The notes under the pieces were generated by a model. That model was not told the origin of the DNA. It searched no databases and saw only the letters and a list, made by a program, of their open reading frames with translations. A DNA stretch of 64,000 bases from Nanobdellota archaeon. GTDB lineage: Archaea > Nanobdellota > Nanobdellia > Woesearchaeales > JAHIVG01. Shown here piece by piece: positions 1-9,432 of this stretch; position 1 is the first letter of the stretch; every line of letters begins with the position of its first letter. The stretch spans positions 8,064-72,063 of the forward strand of contig JAHIVG010000079.1 of assembly GCA_018816705.1 (NCBI GenBank), written 5' to 3'. Made by a program: the position numbers and the translations under genes.

Positions 1-588
1 ACCCAAAAGCTTTACCCTTCCAGGCTTGACCTCAAAGATCTCCCCATCCCTCAGCAGGGACTCCAGGATGCTGTCAGCATCAGACATGCCAGCGGCCTTC
101 ACGAGCTCCTGAGAGTCGACACCATCTCCCTTGTCCATGTCCTTGATCAGCTTAAGCAGGGTCTCAGCATTGCCGATGCCTTCCTCAGCAGCTTCCTTCT
201 TGTCCGTCTTGGTCCGGCCCTTCAGCTCCAGCCTTCTCAGCTCCACCCATTTCGTGCTGGCCAAAGGCTTCATTATCTCCGAGGCCAGGAACCGCTCGCC
301 GTTGAACTCTCTCGGGCGGCCGATCACCAACACCGGCGTGCCGACAGCCGGGATGTCCAGGCCCTTCTCGAAGAACCTGAGGGGCAACAGGCCGGTCCCG
401 TCATCAAGCGTGCAGGCGTTCTCTGCCCGGTCGACCACCATGCCGATGACGTTTATCCTCGACACCTTGGTAGCATCACCCAGCAGCAGGTAATTGGGCT
501 CCCAACCCTCTTCCTCGCGGTAGTCAGAAGATAATACGCTGCTGATGTCCAGCTTGACCGCCACGAGGCGGGACTGTGTTGTTGCCAT
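1..588 (-). CDS. OB-fold nucleic-acid-binding protein (RPA-like), partial. The C-terminus runs off the window start.
   Basis: Minus-strand ATG at 586-588; translation MATTQSRLVAVKLDISS...NYLLLGDATKVSRINVIGMVVD...DDGTGLLPLRFF... is OB-fold-like with an acidic/winged-helix-like tail. It sits directly upstream of MCM. Not in the ORF track because it is truncated by the window edge. Confidence 0.45.
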   Translation of the reverse strand, partial: MATTQSRLVAVKLDISSVLSSDYREEEGWEPNYLLLGDATKVSRINVIGMVVDRAENACTLDDGTGLLPLRFFEKGLDIPAVGTPVLVIGRPREFNGERFLASEIMKPLASTKWVELRRLELKGRTKTDKKEAAEEGIGNAETLLKLIKDMDKGDGVDSQELVKAAGMSDADSILESLLRDGEIFEVKPGRVKLLG

Positions 589-596
589 GCATTCAC

Positions 597-2627
597 CTAA
601 ATCTTTGATATGAAACCGTGCCTGGGCTCGAATATGTCGCCTGAGCGCTTGAGCTTCTCCACGGCCTCCTCGACCTTGTCATCAGAGATGCCCTTCTCTG
701 CCGCCATCCTGATCACGTCGTCGATAGGTATGGTCTTGCCGAGCTGTTCCTCCAGCTCAGAGATTATCTCCTTGATCGTCACTATCTTGCCCCGCTCGGT
801 AGCTGGGATGCCAGTGGTTATCCTATCGATGTCTATCTTGCCGGTCTCCGGGTCGATACCTATCTGGGACAGGCAGTAATGCAGCAGTTCAACGCCGCGC
901 TTGGCATCTCTCTTTGTGACTTTGCTGCTCATGCGCATCTTGGCAGCGCCTTCTGAGAGCCTGATCATGGCCTCGAGCTGCCTCGGGCTTATGGGAACTG
1001 CCCTTATCCCCCCCTCCCCAGCGCTCATGTTCCTCATCTTGAGGTAATACTCCTTGATCTCGCTCAAGGCGCCGTCTGTCAAGACAGGATGGATATTCTG
1101 CCTCGCATAAGCGATATACTTCTTTAGGAGTTTAGTGGGTATCTCAGGCTCATCCACATCAGGGTGCTGGTGGAGGTTAAGGATGTGAGAGGCCATCTTC
1201 TCATCCATCTCCACGTCAGGAAGGTCCTTCATGGGAAAGATGAGGTCGAAGCGGTTGATCAGCGTGGGCGGCAGGTCGATCTGGTTGGCGAGTATATCAT
1301 AAGGGTCGAACCTTCCAAGCTTCGGGTTTGCAGCTGCGAGTACCGTAGTCCTTGCGATGAGCGTTGCCTGGATGTTGGCCTTGCTTATGCTGACGGTCTG
1401 CTGCTCCAGGGCCTCGTGCATCGCGGCCCGGTCCTCCGTACCCATCTTGTCGAACTCATCTATGCAGCACACGCCGTTGCTGGCCAAGACCAATGCGCCG
1501 GCCTCGAGGCTCCACCCCTTGAGGAACTCATCCTTGACCACGCTGGCAGTGAGACCTGCCCCACTGACACCCTTGCCGCTAACATACCTCGACTTAGGGG
1601 CAACCAGGTTCATCCGCTTGAGCAGCTGGGACTTGCCCGCCCCAGGATCCCCCACAAGCAGGATGTGCATATCACCCCTGGTTATCATGCCGTCTGCCCG
1701 CACCTTATGCACACCCCCGACGAGCTGGAGAAGCAGGGCCTCCTTGATCTTGCTGAAACCATAGATTGATGGAGCAACGGAATTCACAAGGCGCTGTACA
1801 CACTTCGGGTCTGAAGCTATCTCCTTTATCTGCGCCTCTTCCTCAGATGAGATCTCGATGTTATAGTAGTCCTCTGCAGCGGTCTCAACACAGTTGGCGT
1901 CTATCAACAGATCGAACCGGGTGGACTTGGTACCCCTATGAGAGATTATCGGTACTTCCTTGACCTGACCGGTCAGTATTATCTTGGTGCCCGGGTTGGT
2001 CTTCTTCTCTGACAGCGGCGAGACCAGGTCATTCTTCAAGAAGACATTCATCCTCTTCGGCTGCTCCCCGCCCTCGAGGTCTTCGGGAGCCTCCTCAATG
2101 ACCAATCCCTGAGCATCGACCAGTTCTTTGGAGAGGAGCTTGAACTTGCCCTTCCTGCCGCAGCTGCACCTCGTCGGCTCCTTCCATGATGAGTCGACCT
2201 GTATGATCGGGATGACGTTGCCGCAGCTAGGGCACTCGAACCTGGCATTGGTAACTTGCGGCCTCACCTCGCTCTTCTGCCGGACAACACCCTCAACCGA
2301 AAGGAGCTTATTGATATGGCTGCTCCGGATATTCCTGATGAGGATGGAAGAGGACTGAGGAAGGTTCCTGAACCTGACATGAAAACGTTTTAAGTCAGCA
2401 GGGAGGTCGAACTGCAGCACGGCGAGCTCTGCCGCCTTGAAGGCCTCTTCAGGCTGCTCAAGCAGCTCCTCAGCCAGTCCAGGGTCGAACCTGGACAGTT
2501 CGGAGAAGTCCACCACCAGAAACTTATCCCCCTTCCTCACCTGTTCAAGGAGCTTGGTCTGGTAATAGTTCTCCATGAATTCCTTGAATTTTCCTATCTG
2601 CTCGGTAGCGTCCATCCAGCCCACCAT
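597..2627 (-). CDS. mcm: Minichromosome maintenance helicase MCM
   Basis: 676 aa with a C4 zinc finger (CPSCG...CSCG), Walker A GDPGAGKSQLL, Walker B CIDEFDKM, an arginine finger (SRFDLIF) and a C-terminal winged helix. Confidence 0.95.
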   Translation of the reverse strand: MVGWMDATEQIGKFKEFMENYYQTKLLEQVRKGDKFLVVDFSELSRFDPGLAEELLEQPEEAFKAAELAVLQFDLPADLKRFHVRFRNLPQSSSILIRNIRSSHINKLLSVEGVVRQKSEVRPQVTNARFECPSCGNVIPIIQVDSSWKEPTRCSCGRKGKFKLLSKELVDAQGLVIEEAPEDLEGGEQPKRMNVFLKNDLVSPLSEKKTNPGTKIILTGQVKEVPIISHRGTKSTRFDLLIDANCVETAAEDYYNIEISSEEEAQIKEIASDPKCVQRLVNSVAPSIYGFSKIKEALLLQLVGGVHKVRADGMITRGDMHILLVGDPGAGKSQLLKRMNLVAPKSRYVSGKGVSGAGLTASVVKDEFLKGWSLEAGALVLASNGVCCIDEFDKMGTEDRAAMHEALEQQTVSISKANIQATLIARTTVLAAANPKLGRFDPYDILANQIDLPPTLINRFDLIFPMKDLPDVEMDEKMASHILNLHQHPDVDEPEIPTKLLKKYIAYARQNIHPVLTDGALSEIKEYYLKMRNMSAGEGGIRAVPISPRQLEAMIRLSEGAAKMRMSSKVTKRDAKRGVELLHYCLSQIGIDPETGKIDIDRITTGIPATERGKIVTIKEIISELEEQLGKTIPIDDVIRMAAEKGISDDKVEEAVEKLKRSGDIFEPRHGFISKI

Positions 2628-2686
2628 CTAATGGGATAATCTAATCCTTTAAAAGGGTAATCATGAAAAAACCAAAAATTTTCCGG

Positions 2687-3301
2687 TCACTTCGTAGCTT
2701 TCTTCAGGTTCTCTACGAGCTTGTCCAGCGCCTTATGCACCTCTTCCTCACTCTTGGTGCCGGTGCACACAATCTTCCCGTTGCTGAACAACAGGAACGT
2801 CGCCTTGGCTTCGGGCAGCTTGTATACCAGGCCTGGGAACTGCTCTGGCTCATATTCAGTGTTATCCAGTTTCATGGCCAGCACGTTAAGGTTAAGGGGC
2901 ATGCCCACGCTCCCTGAGGCAACAATGTTCTGGATCTTGATATCAGGCTTAATGGTTATCTTGACGTTTATCTTCTCAAGGCTCTTGATTATCTTCTTAA
3001 TAGACTCCTCGACCTTGTCCATGGATCGCGCGCCCGTGCACACAATCTTACCAGAGCTGAAGATCAAGGCAGAAGTCTTTGGTTCCTTTATCCTTATGAC
3101 CAGGCCTGGGAACTGCTCAGGATTGTACTCTGTGTTGCTGAGCGTCGCCGCCATCTTCTCAAGCGGGATGTCATGCCCGAGTGAAGTACTTACAACAATG
3201 TTAACTACTTGAATCTCCTTCTTCCACACCTTCAAATCCTTCTTCAAATCCTTCTTGGGTCCCTTCTTGGCTACCTTTTTCGGCATGAGTGACACCTCCA
3301 C
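2687..3301 (-). CDS. tbp: TATA-box binding protein, with a Lys-rich N-terminal extension
   Basis: Two direct TBP repeats (NIVASGSVGMPLNLNVLA...QFPGLVYKL / NIVVSTSLGHDIPLEKMA...QFPGLVIRI). The N-terminus is MPKKVAKKGPKKDLKKDLK. Confidence 0.93.
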   Translation of the reverse strand: MEVSLMPKKVAKKGPKKDLKKDLKVWKKEIQVVNIVVSTSLGHDIPLEKMAATLSNTEYNPEQFPGLVIRIKEPKTSALIFSSGKIVCTGARSMDKVEESIKKIIKSLEKINVKITIKPDIKIQNIVASGSVGMPLNLNVLAMKLDNTEYEPEQFPGLVYKLPEAKATFLLFSNGKIVCTGTKSEEEVHKALDKLVENLKKATK

Positions 3302-3391
3302 CCCTTGTTTTTAAATGGAGAAGCATAACTCCTTTATAAATACTTTTATTTTTAAATAGGGGCTTTATAAGCTATATCTTCAAGGATTTCA

Positions 3392-3417
3392 GCCACCTTG
3401 ATTTCCTGTGGAAACCC
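3392..3417 (-). promoter_or_regulatory. ORB-like element 1 (mini-ORB-like dyad TCCACAGGAAA with a weak G-string), read on the minus strand
   Basis: Plus strand reads tttcctgtggaaac at 3402-3415. The minus strand reads TTTCCACAGGAAATCAAGGTGG. Confidence 0.4.
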
Positions 3418-3473
3418 GGTTTCCGCCTTTTCCAAGGCTCTCCAGGGGCAGCAGTATACATAAATCCTCAAAA

Positions 3474-3501
3474 CACACCCCCCTGTTTCCTGTGGAAACC
3501 C
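3474..3501 (-). promoter_or_regulatory. ORB-like element 2 (TCCACAGGAAAC + G-string), read on the minus strand
   Basis: The minus strand reads GTTTCCACAGGAAACAGGGGGGTGTG. This is the dyad TCCA-N2-GGAAAC followed by GGGGGGT, matching the archaeal origin recognition box as I recall it. Confidence 0.5.
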
Positions 3502-3530
3502 TGGAAACATTAATTTTATTAAGCAATACA

Positions 3531-5144
3531 ATGATTTCGGAGCCAATGGCCACCTATTCCCTGTTCGGCAAGCCCATATCCGGCCCATTCACCATACCTT
3601 CAGGCATAGTCATGACCGAGGTGCCGGTCCTTGAGCGGATAGCCAACGAGATACCAGAGATCGGCATCCTCACAACCAAGAGCATCGGGCCAGAGCCCAA
3701 GGAAGGCAACCGCGAGCCGATATTGGCCCAGTATACGCCGTTCTCGTTCATAAACGCTGTGGGCCTGGCAAACCCGGGCTGCAAAGAGTTCGCTGAGAGA
3801 CTTAAGAAAGCGAAGATTCCCAAAGATAAGTTCCTGCTCGCATCAATCTTCGGCAGTACAGAACAGGATATCAAACACGTTGCCGGAACCCTTGTCAGTC
3901 TCGTGGATGGCTTCGAGCTCAACATATCCTGCCCGCATTCCAAGCGCTACGGGCAGGCCTGCGGCCAGGACCCGGAGCTGGTAGAGAAGCTTACCCATAC
4001 AGCTGCTTCCTTCGGAAAACCGGTCGTTGTGAAGATATCACCCAATCTAGACATGGAGACAACCATCAAAGCAGCGCTCGGAGGAGGGGCTCGGGGCTTT
4101 GTAGCCATAAACACCAAAGGCCCAACAGAGTTCAAAGTAGACGGGCACGATGTGCTGAGCAACAAACAAGGCGGGGTGTCAGGCAAAGCCATACTCAACC
4201 TTGGTATAGCCTGCGTGAAGAAGATAAGGCATCTGACAGACAAGCCCATAATCGCCTGCGGCGGAATCTCAACCGCAGAAGACATCAAACGATACAAGAA
4301 AGCCGGCGCAAGCTTCTTCGGCATAGGGTCAGCCCTGGCAGGGATGAATACGTCAGAGATGAAACTGTACTTCAAGGCCCTGAAGGGGGATTTTGAGACA
4401 GGCAGTGATGCTGCGCCAAGACATTTGAAGGAAACCAACATGAAATATGTCAAGTTCAAGATAGCAGAGAGGAGGCAGCTCGCAGACAACCTAATCCTGC
4501 TGAAGCTGGACAAGAACTACGACATCCAGCCCGGCCAGTTCATATTCGCCTGGATACCCGGAAAGGGAGAGAAGCCCTTTGCCATATTCGACGACGAGCC
4601 GGCCACACTGCTGTTCAAGCCGAGAGGGCGGTTCACAGACGAGCTGGCAAAGCTTAATCCAGGAGACCCATTATATATAAGGGGGCCGTACGGCAACCCG
4701 CTCAAGATACGAGGCAAGGCATTACTGGTGGTGGGGGGAACTGCGGTGGCCGCCCTTCACCTGCTCGCCAAAAGGAAACCAGACACGTGCCTGCTGGTGG
4801 GAGGGGAGGACAAGAAGCACCTCTCGTTCCTCAAGGAATTCCCGCTGGCATGCAAGGAAGTCAGCTGTGTCTCCGACGACGGAAGCTACGGCGAGAAAGG
4901 ACTGGTGACAGACATACTCGAGAGGCATATGCTCGCATTCAAGCCAGACATATGCATCAACTGCGGCCCTGAACAGATGCAACAGAAAGCCATCGAGATA
5001 GAGAAGAAGCACATCAAGCCAGAAAACATCCTGTCCTCCATAGAATACCAGACCATGTGCGGCAACGGCATCTGCGGACGGTGCGCAACACCGGCCGGGG
5101 AGAGGAGCTGTGTGGACGGGACGTTCTTCCCTTTGAAACACTAA
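3531..5144 (+). CDS. pyrD: Dihydroorotate dehydrogenase class 1B catalytic domain fused to its electron-transfer subunit (PyrD-PyrK in a single ORF)
   Basis: The N-terminal ~300 aa are a DHODH TIM barrel (GLANPG, NISCPHS, IACGGISTAEDI). The C-terminal ~250 aa are the PyrK FAD/NAD-binding fold with a 2Fe-2S Cys cluster (QTMCGNGICGRCA...SCVDG). The ORF is continuous with no stop between the domains. The ORF track starts at 3408, but a Met at 3531 (MISEPMATYS) fits better. Confidence 0.85.
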   Translation: MISEPMATYSLFGKPISGPFTIPSGIVMTEVPVLERIANEIPEIGILTTKSIGPEPKEGNREPILAQYTPFSFINAVGLANPGCKEFAERLKKAKIPKDKFLLASIFGSTEQDIKHVAGTLVSLVDGFELNISCPHSKRYGQACGQDPELVEKLTHTAASFGKPVVVKISPNLDMETTIKAALGGGARGFVAINTKGPTEFKVDGHDVLSNKQGGVSGKAILNLGIACVKKIRHLTDKPIIACGGISTAEDIKRYKKAGASFFGIGSALAGMNTSEMKLYFKALKGDFETGSDAAPRHLKETNMKYVKFKIAERRQLADNLILLKLDKNYDIQPGQFIFAWIPGKGEKPFAIFDDEPATLLFKPRGRFTDELAKLNPGDPLYIRGPYGNPLKIRGKALLVVGGTAVAALHLLAKRKPDTCLLVGGEDKKHLSFLKEFPLACKEVSCVSDDGSYGEKGLVTDILERHMLAFKPDICINCGPEQMQQKAIEIEKKHIKPENILSSIEYQTMCGNGICGRCATPAGERSCVDGTFFPLKH

Positions 5145-5184
5145 CCAGAAACCTTTAAATAGGCACAGCACAAGAAAGAGTGAT

Positions 5185-6051
5185 ATGATAATCGCGTCGT
5201 TCGAGGAGTCGTCTGACCTGGCCAGGAAGGTGGCACGGCGCGCCAAGTCTTCTTATGTTCAGTTCGGAAAGCATGACTTCCCGGACGGCGAGGGCCTGAT
5301 AAAAATACCTGAGGTCAAGGGAAAGGAGCTGGTTGTTGTCGCGCAGATACACCGCCCGGATGCCAAGGTCATGCCCCTCATTTTCGCCCTGGCCACAGCA
5401 AAAGAGCTTGGGGCCAAGAGCATAACCCTGGTCGCGCCGTACATGCCATACATGCGGCAGGACAAGCGATTCAACCAAGGAGAATGCATCTCCAACATGA
5501 TCTTCGGGCGCTTGCTCTCCAGGTATGCGGACAGGGTAATCACAATAGACCCGCACCTCCACCGCGTACACAGGCTAAGCAAGATATTCCCCACCAAATC
5601 GACAAGGCTTTCTGCAGTGGGAGCGATAGCAGAGTACATCAAGAAGCACCACTCAGACGCTTTCATAGTCGGGCCTGACGCAGAGTCATACCAATGGGCA
5701 AGGAAAGTGGCCAAGCTTTCCGGGACCAAGGCAAGGATACTCCTGAAGAAACGCTATGGCGACAGGAACGTGAAGATATCGGGGTTCAAGGACGGCCTGA
5801 AAGGCAAGACCGCAATACTGGTGGACGACATCATCAGCTCAGGCCACACCATGATGGAGACTGTGAAAGAAGTGAAGAAGCACCGGCCACGAAGCATAAT
5901 CTGCATAGGTGTGCACGGCATATTCTCAGGCAAGGCAGATCTCAAGCTCAAGAGGCTGGGCGCGAAAGTTGTGACGACAAACACAATCCCCCACAAGACA
6001 AACAGGATCGACATCTCGCCAGTGATAGCAGAGGCCCTTAAACATGGTTAG
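5185..6051 (+). CDS. prs: Ribose-phosphate pyrophosphokinase (PRPP synthetase)
   Basis: DPHLH motif, GPDAES, and the PRPP-binding loop ILVDDIISSGHT. Confidence 0.9.
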   Translation: MIIASFEESSDLARKVARRAKSSYVQFGKHDFPDGEGLIKIPEVKGKELVVVAQIHRPDAKVMPLIFALATAKELGAKSITLVAPYMPYMRQDKRFNQGECISNMIFGRLLSRYADRVITIDPHLHRVHRLSKIFPTKSTRLSAVGAIAEYIKKHHSDAFIVGPDAESYQWARKVAKLSGTKARILLKKRYGDRNVKISGFKDGLKGKTAILVDDIISSGHTMMETVKEVKKHRPRSIICIGVHGIFSGKADLKLKRLGAKVVTTNTIPHKTNRIDISPVIAEALKHG

Positions 6052-6793
6052 CCTTCGGGAGCTCGTCAGCTACAGCGATGACCTCCTGAGAGTACGGGAG
6101 ATCGAGGACAAGAGCCTGAACGGCCTCCAGATATCTTCTGACCGGGATGTGAAACAGGCAGCTTTCGCAGTGGACGCCTCTGTCGAGAGCATAGAGTCCG
6201 CGTCGCAGGCAGACATACTATTTGTGCACCACGGCCTTTTCTGGGGCATACCCAAGCCGCTCACAGGCTCACTGTATTTCCGGATAAGGGCCGCAATCAA
6301 GAACGGACTGGCACTATACGCTGCTCACCTACCCCTAGATGCGCATCCGGTGCTGGGGAACAACGCCCAGCTCCTCAAGCTGTTAGGGCTGAAGCAAGCG
6401 GGTGACTTCGGCAGATATGAATCAATCCCCCTGGGCAAGATTGGCACGCTCGAGAAAGCAATACCCTTATCTAAGTTTGTCTCCAAGATCAACTCATCGC
6501 TCGGAACGAGATCAATTGTGGCGCATCACGGGCCGACAACAGTCAAGAGGATCGGAATAATCTCAGGAGATGGCAGCTATGCGCTGGAAGAAGTGAAGCG
6601 GCTCGGTCTGGACGCTCTGCTCACAGGCGAGACGCAGCACATAGCCATACCTGTTGCGAAAGAGCTCGGCCTCAACATAATCTTCGCAGGCCATTACGCC
6701 ACAGAGACCCTCGGCCTGAAAGCATTGGCAGGCCACCTCAAGAAGAAGTTCAAGATATCTACGGCGTTCATCGACCTCCCGACAGGATTATGA
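6044..6793 (+). CDS. Nif3-family dinuclear metal centre protein
   Basis: VHHGLFWG...HLPLDAH...ETQH motifs typical of the NIF3/YqfO family. It overlaps prs by 8 nt. Confidence 0.75.
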   Translation: MVSLRELVSYSDDLLRVREIEDKSLNGLQISSDRDVKQAAFAVDASVESIESASQADILFVHHGLFWGIPKPLTGSLYFRIRAAIKNGLALYAAHLPLDAHPVLGNNAQLLKLLGLKQAGDFGRYESIPLGKIGTLEKAIPLSKFVSKINSSLGTRSIVAHHGPTTVKRIGIISGDGSYALEEVKRLGLDALLTGETQHIAIPVAKELGLNIIFAGHYATETLGLKALAGHLKKKFKISTAFIDLPTGL

Positions 6794-7581
6794 AGTTCGC
6801 AATCATAACCGACATCCATCTGGGTCCGGAAGGCCATCATAAAGGAGTTCTACGAAAGATGAATAAAGATGTAAAAATATATTTGGATAATTTTGTCAAA
6901 GAAATGAACAATAAAATAAAACCCGAATTTGTAGTTGTTCTGGGCGATCTGATTGAACAGGATAACAAAATCAAAGACAAGGAACATATCAATTACATAG
7001 TTCAATTGCTGAAGAAGCTAAGGTGCACTGTTTATTATGTCGCAGGAAATAAAGATTTGAAAAATATCTCTGAAGAGGAACTTTCAAAATTATTCCATCA
7101 AAAGAGCTTATATTACGCATTTGATTCAGGCAGATTTCATTTCATAGTCTTGTTTTCAAAAGTATCTGAAGATAGGACCAGTTGGGTTGAGGGTGAACAA
7201 AAAATATGGCTACAAAAAGAATTGGACACGACCAATAAAAAATGTGTGGTGTTTGTCCATCATGGGTTGGCTGACCAAGACCTAACAGGAAATCCCTGGT
7301 TCGAAGGGATGCCTGAAAACTGCCTCATTGCAAACAGGAAAGATATCAGAAATATTATTTCTACATCAAATAAAGTCATTGCAGTGTTCAACAGCCATCT
7401 GCATTGGGATAAACAGCACATCCATGATGGTGTCCCATATTTTTCAATCCAATCTTTGGTTGAAAATGAAGCTGATAAAGGAATGGCAAGTGAAACACAC
7501 GCAGTAGTCAATATTGTCAACGATAAGGTCGATGTTGAAGTAAAAGGCAATCATCCTAAAAAAATTCTCACATCAATATAA
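6790..7581 (+). CDS. Calcineurin-like metallophosphoesterase
   Basis: DIHLG..., GDL, GNKD, VHHG and NSHLH motifs. It lies in an AT-rich segment. Confidence 0.7.
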   Translation: MKFAIITDIHLGPEGHHKGVLRKMNKDVKIYLDNFVKEMNNKIKPEFVVVLGDLIEQDNKIKDKEHINYIVQLLKKLRCTVYYVAGNKDLKNISEEELSKLFHQKSLYYAFDSGRFHFIVLFSKVSEDRTSWVEGEQKIWLQKELDTTNKKCVVFVHHGLADQDLTGNPWFEGMPENCLIANRKDIRNIISTSNKVIAVFNSHLHWDKQHIHDGVPYFSIQSLVENEADKGMASETHAVVNIVNDKVDVEVKGNHPKKILTSI

Positions 7582-7671
7582 ATAGGCATCCCGTCCGCCA
7601 GCTGCAAAGCGATAAAAAGGAAATTGCCTGCCTTACGATTATGCCTCCTTTTTTCTCAATGAATGGGCAGT

Positions 7672-8088
7672 TTATTTTTCTTCGTCAAATTTTCTAGAAG
7701 CTTCAATCCAATTACCCGATTCTTTAAATTTACATGAATCAATATAAAATGATTTTAATTTTGGTTCAATCATTGCATAAATCGTCTTTGCACCTTTTCG
7801 AAATGCCTCTTTACAAAATTTATCTACTAATTTTGTCCCTATTTTTTGTCCCCTATATTTTAAATCAATTCTCAATTCATGTATCAGGGCTTCATCGTTT
7901 TTAGTCGGCACAATAAAACCAGTGAGGTAACCAACCAAATTGTTATCTATTTCCACAACCAAGAAAATGGCATTCGTATTTTGTATGCAATTAAAAAAAT
8001 CTAATTTGGTCCAATAACTTTCATTTTCTTGTTTAGCAAGCTGAGTACAGTGATTTACATCTTTTATTGAAGCATTTCGAAAAAGCAT
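7672..8088 (-). CDS. GNAT family N-acetyltransferase
   Basis: The acetyl-CoA binding motif R/Q-x-x-G-x-G/A is present as YRGQKIGTKLV. The gene is AT-rich. Confidence 0.65.
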   Translation of the reverse strand: MLFRNASIKDVNHCTQLAKQENESYWTKLDFFNCIQNTNAIFLVVEIDNNLVGYLTGFIVPTKNDEALIHELRIDLKYRGQKIGTKLVDKFCKEAFRKGAKTIYAMIEPKLKSFYIDSCKFKESGNWIEASRKFDEEK

Positions 8089-8147
8089 AATATAATGGGG
8101 AAATTGGCACTATTATAAAGCTTTCTAATTTGGATAAAATATCTATT

Positions 8148-8678
8148 TCATCCCTTAATCCTTTCAACCAACTCACCAATCAAAGCCTTGGAATCAGATT
8201 CGAAGAAGACATTCTCTGCCTGGCCGCCCTTGTCGATCGCCTTCGATATCTGTGGAAGCAGTTCTGTCACAAATCCAGAGCCCTTCAGCACGCCGATGTA
8301 CTTCTCGTCGTCAAAGGCAACTGTGAATTTGTTGAGGGTGCCTGCCATGCCGGCGATTATCACGACAGCGTCGCAGCTCCTCACAAAGATGACGTTGCGA
8401 CCCTTCCAGCCGTGGCCGGTAAAGATTATGCTATCGAATGGCTCAACAGGCATGCCTAGCTCTTTGTGCTTCTCCCTGTTCGGGGCAGGGCTGATGCCAA
8501 TCACCAATCCGTCCTCGCTCCTCGCACCCTTGGCAGCAGCCAACGAAACTCCTGTTGTGGCACCTGTGAGAAGAACAACATCGCGTTTGGCGATTTCTCT
8601 GCCTATCTCGAAAGCCTTAGCCTCAGTCTCTTTTGATGTTTGTCCGGCCGAGCCGCACACACCGATAGAAGGTCTCAT
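8148..8678 (-). CDS. LOG/TIGR00725-type Rossmann-fold protein
   Basis: IGVCGSAG...LLTGATTG...VIGI...DAVVIIAGMAGTL pattern. Confidence 0.5.
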   Translation of the reverse strand: MRPSIGVCGSAGQTSKETEAKAFEIGREIAKRDVVLLTGATTGVSLAAAKGARSEDGLVIGISPAPNREKHKELGMPVEPFDSIIFTGHGWKGRNVIFVRSCDAVVIIAGMAGTLNKFTVAFDDEKYIGVLKGSGFVTELLPQISKAIDKGGQAENVFFESDSKALIGELVERIKG

Positions 8679-8703
8679 AAGCGAAAAGAGGATGAGGGGT
8701 TAT

Positions 8704-9432
8704 TTATTCTTTGCGGAAAGCCAACAGCTGTTCAGCAGCCTTCCTGATGTCCTTGGCGTCGTACAACGCGCGCCCGACGATTGCGTGCCAGTTCTCTCCT
8801 GCGGCAGCAGCTGCGGTGGTGAGCTCACCGCCCTGACTGACCAGTCCAGGCGAATAGAAAGTGGGTGTTATGCCGAGATCGTCAAACAGCTCCCTGTAAT
8901 GGATGATGCGCTCAGGCTTGTTCCCCGGCACCACGAAATCCGTGACACCCAAAGAGGATGCAAGCTTGTATATACGTTCAGGCGCATCATTCGCCAAGAA
9001 ACCACCGTCATTCTGAAGGTAACCCGGGTGGGTCATCTCCCCACCGACGATGACAGGCATCCCAGCCTCTTTAGCATCATTGATCCACTGCTCCTCTGTC
9101 ACAGGCCCTGCCTGGGGAAAGATGATCACAGCGTCGACACCCTCACAGGCCTTGAAAAACTTCTTTCCTGTAGCCGGTATGTCTGTGCCGGCTTTCTGAT
9201 GGTCATATATGATAGGCTTGTCCGTCAGCCCCCTAATGCATTTCACGACCTCCTTCAGGCCGAAGGGCAAGGCCAACTGGAACCCGATCTTGTAGGCGCC
9301 GATGCCTTCTAAGCCATGGGTCTGCTCAACCAGATGCCTCAGCTCGTCGATGCTTGCGAGGTCGCAGGCGGGAATCAGGCTCTGTTTCCCCTTTATGATC
9401 ACGGCTTCCACCCTTTCGGATCCTTGGCCCAT
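8704..9432 (-). CDS. pyrF: Orotidine 5'-phosphate decarboxylase
   Basis: KIGFQL..., DHQKAGTDIPAT and VVGRALYDAKD are OMPDC-like motifs. Confidence 0.85.
   Translation of the reverse strand: MGQGSERVEAVIIKGKQSLIPACDLASIDELRHLVEQTHGLEGIGAYKIGFQLALPFGLKEVVKCIRGLTDKPIIYDHQKAGTDIPATGKKFFKACEGVDAVIIFPQAGPVTEEQWINDAKEAGMPVIVGGEMTHPGYLQNDGGFLANDAPERIYKLASSLGVTDFVVPGNKPERIIHYRELFDDLGITPTFYSPGLVSQGGELTTAAAAAGENWHAIVGRALYDAKDIRKAAEQLLAFRKE

Noticed and set aside
131-493. 120-aa plus-strand ORF rich in Ser/Leu/Pro
   Set aside because: It lies antisense to the OB-fold gene that continues the MCM operon. Low-complexity translation, typical of a shadow ORF.
1164-1769. Plus-strand ORFs (201 aa, 135 aa) inside MCM
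   Set aside because: Antisense frames of a clearly conserved helicase gene.
8188-9312. 374-aa plus-strand ORF
   Set aside because: It is entirely antisense to the LOG-like and pyrF genes. Its Ser/Pro/Ala-rich composition is typical of GC-rich antisense frames.
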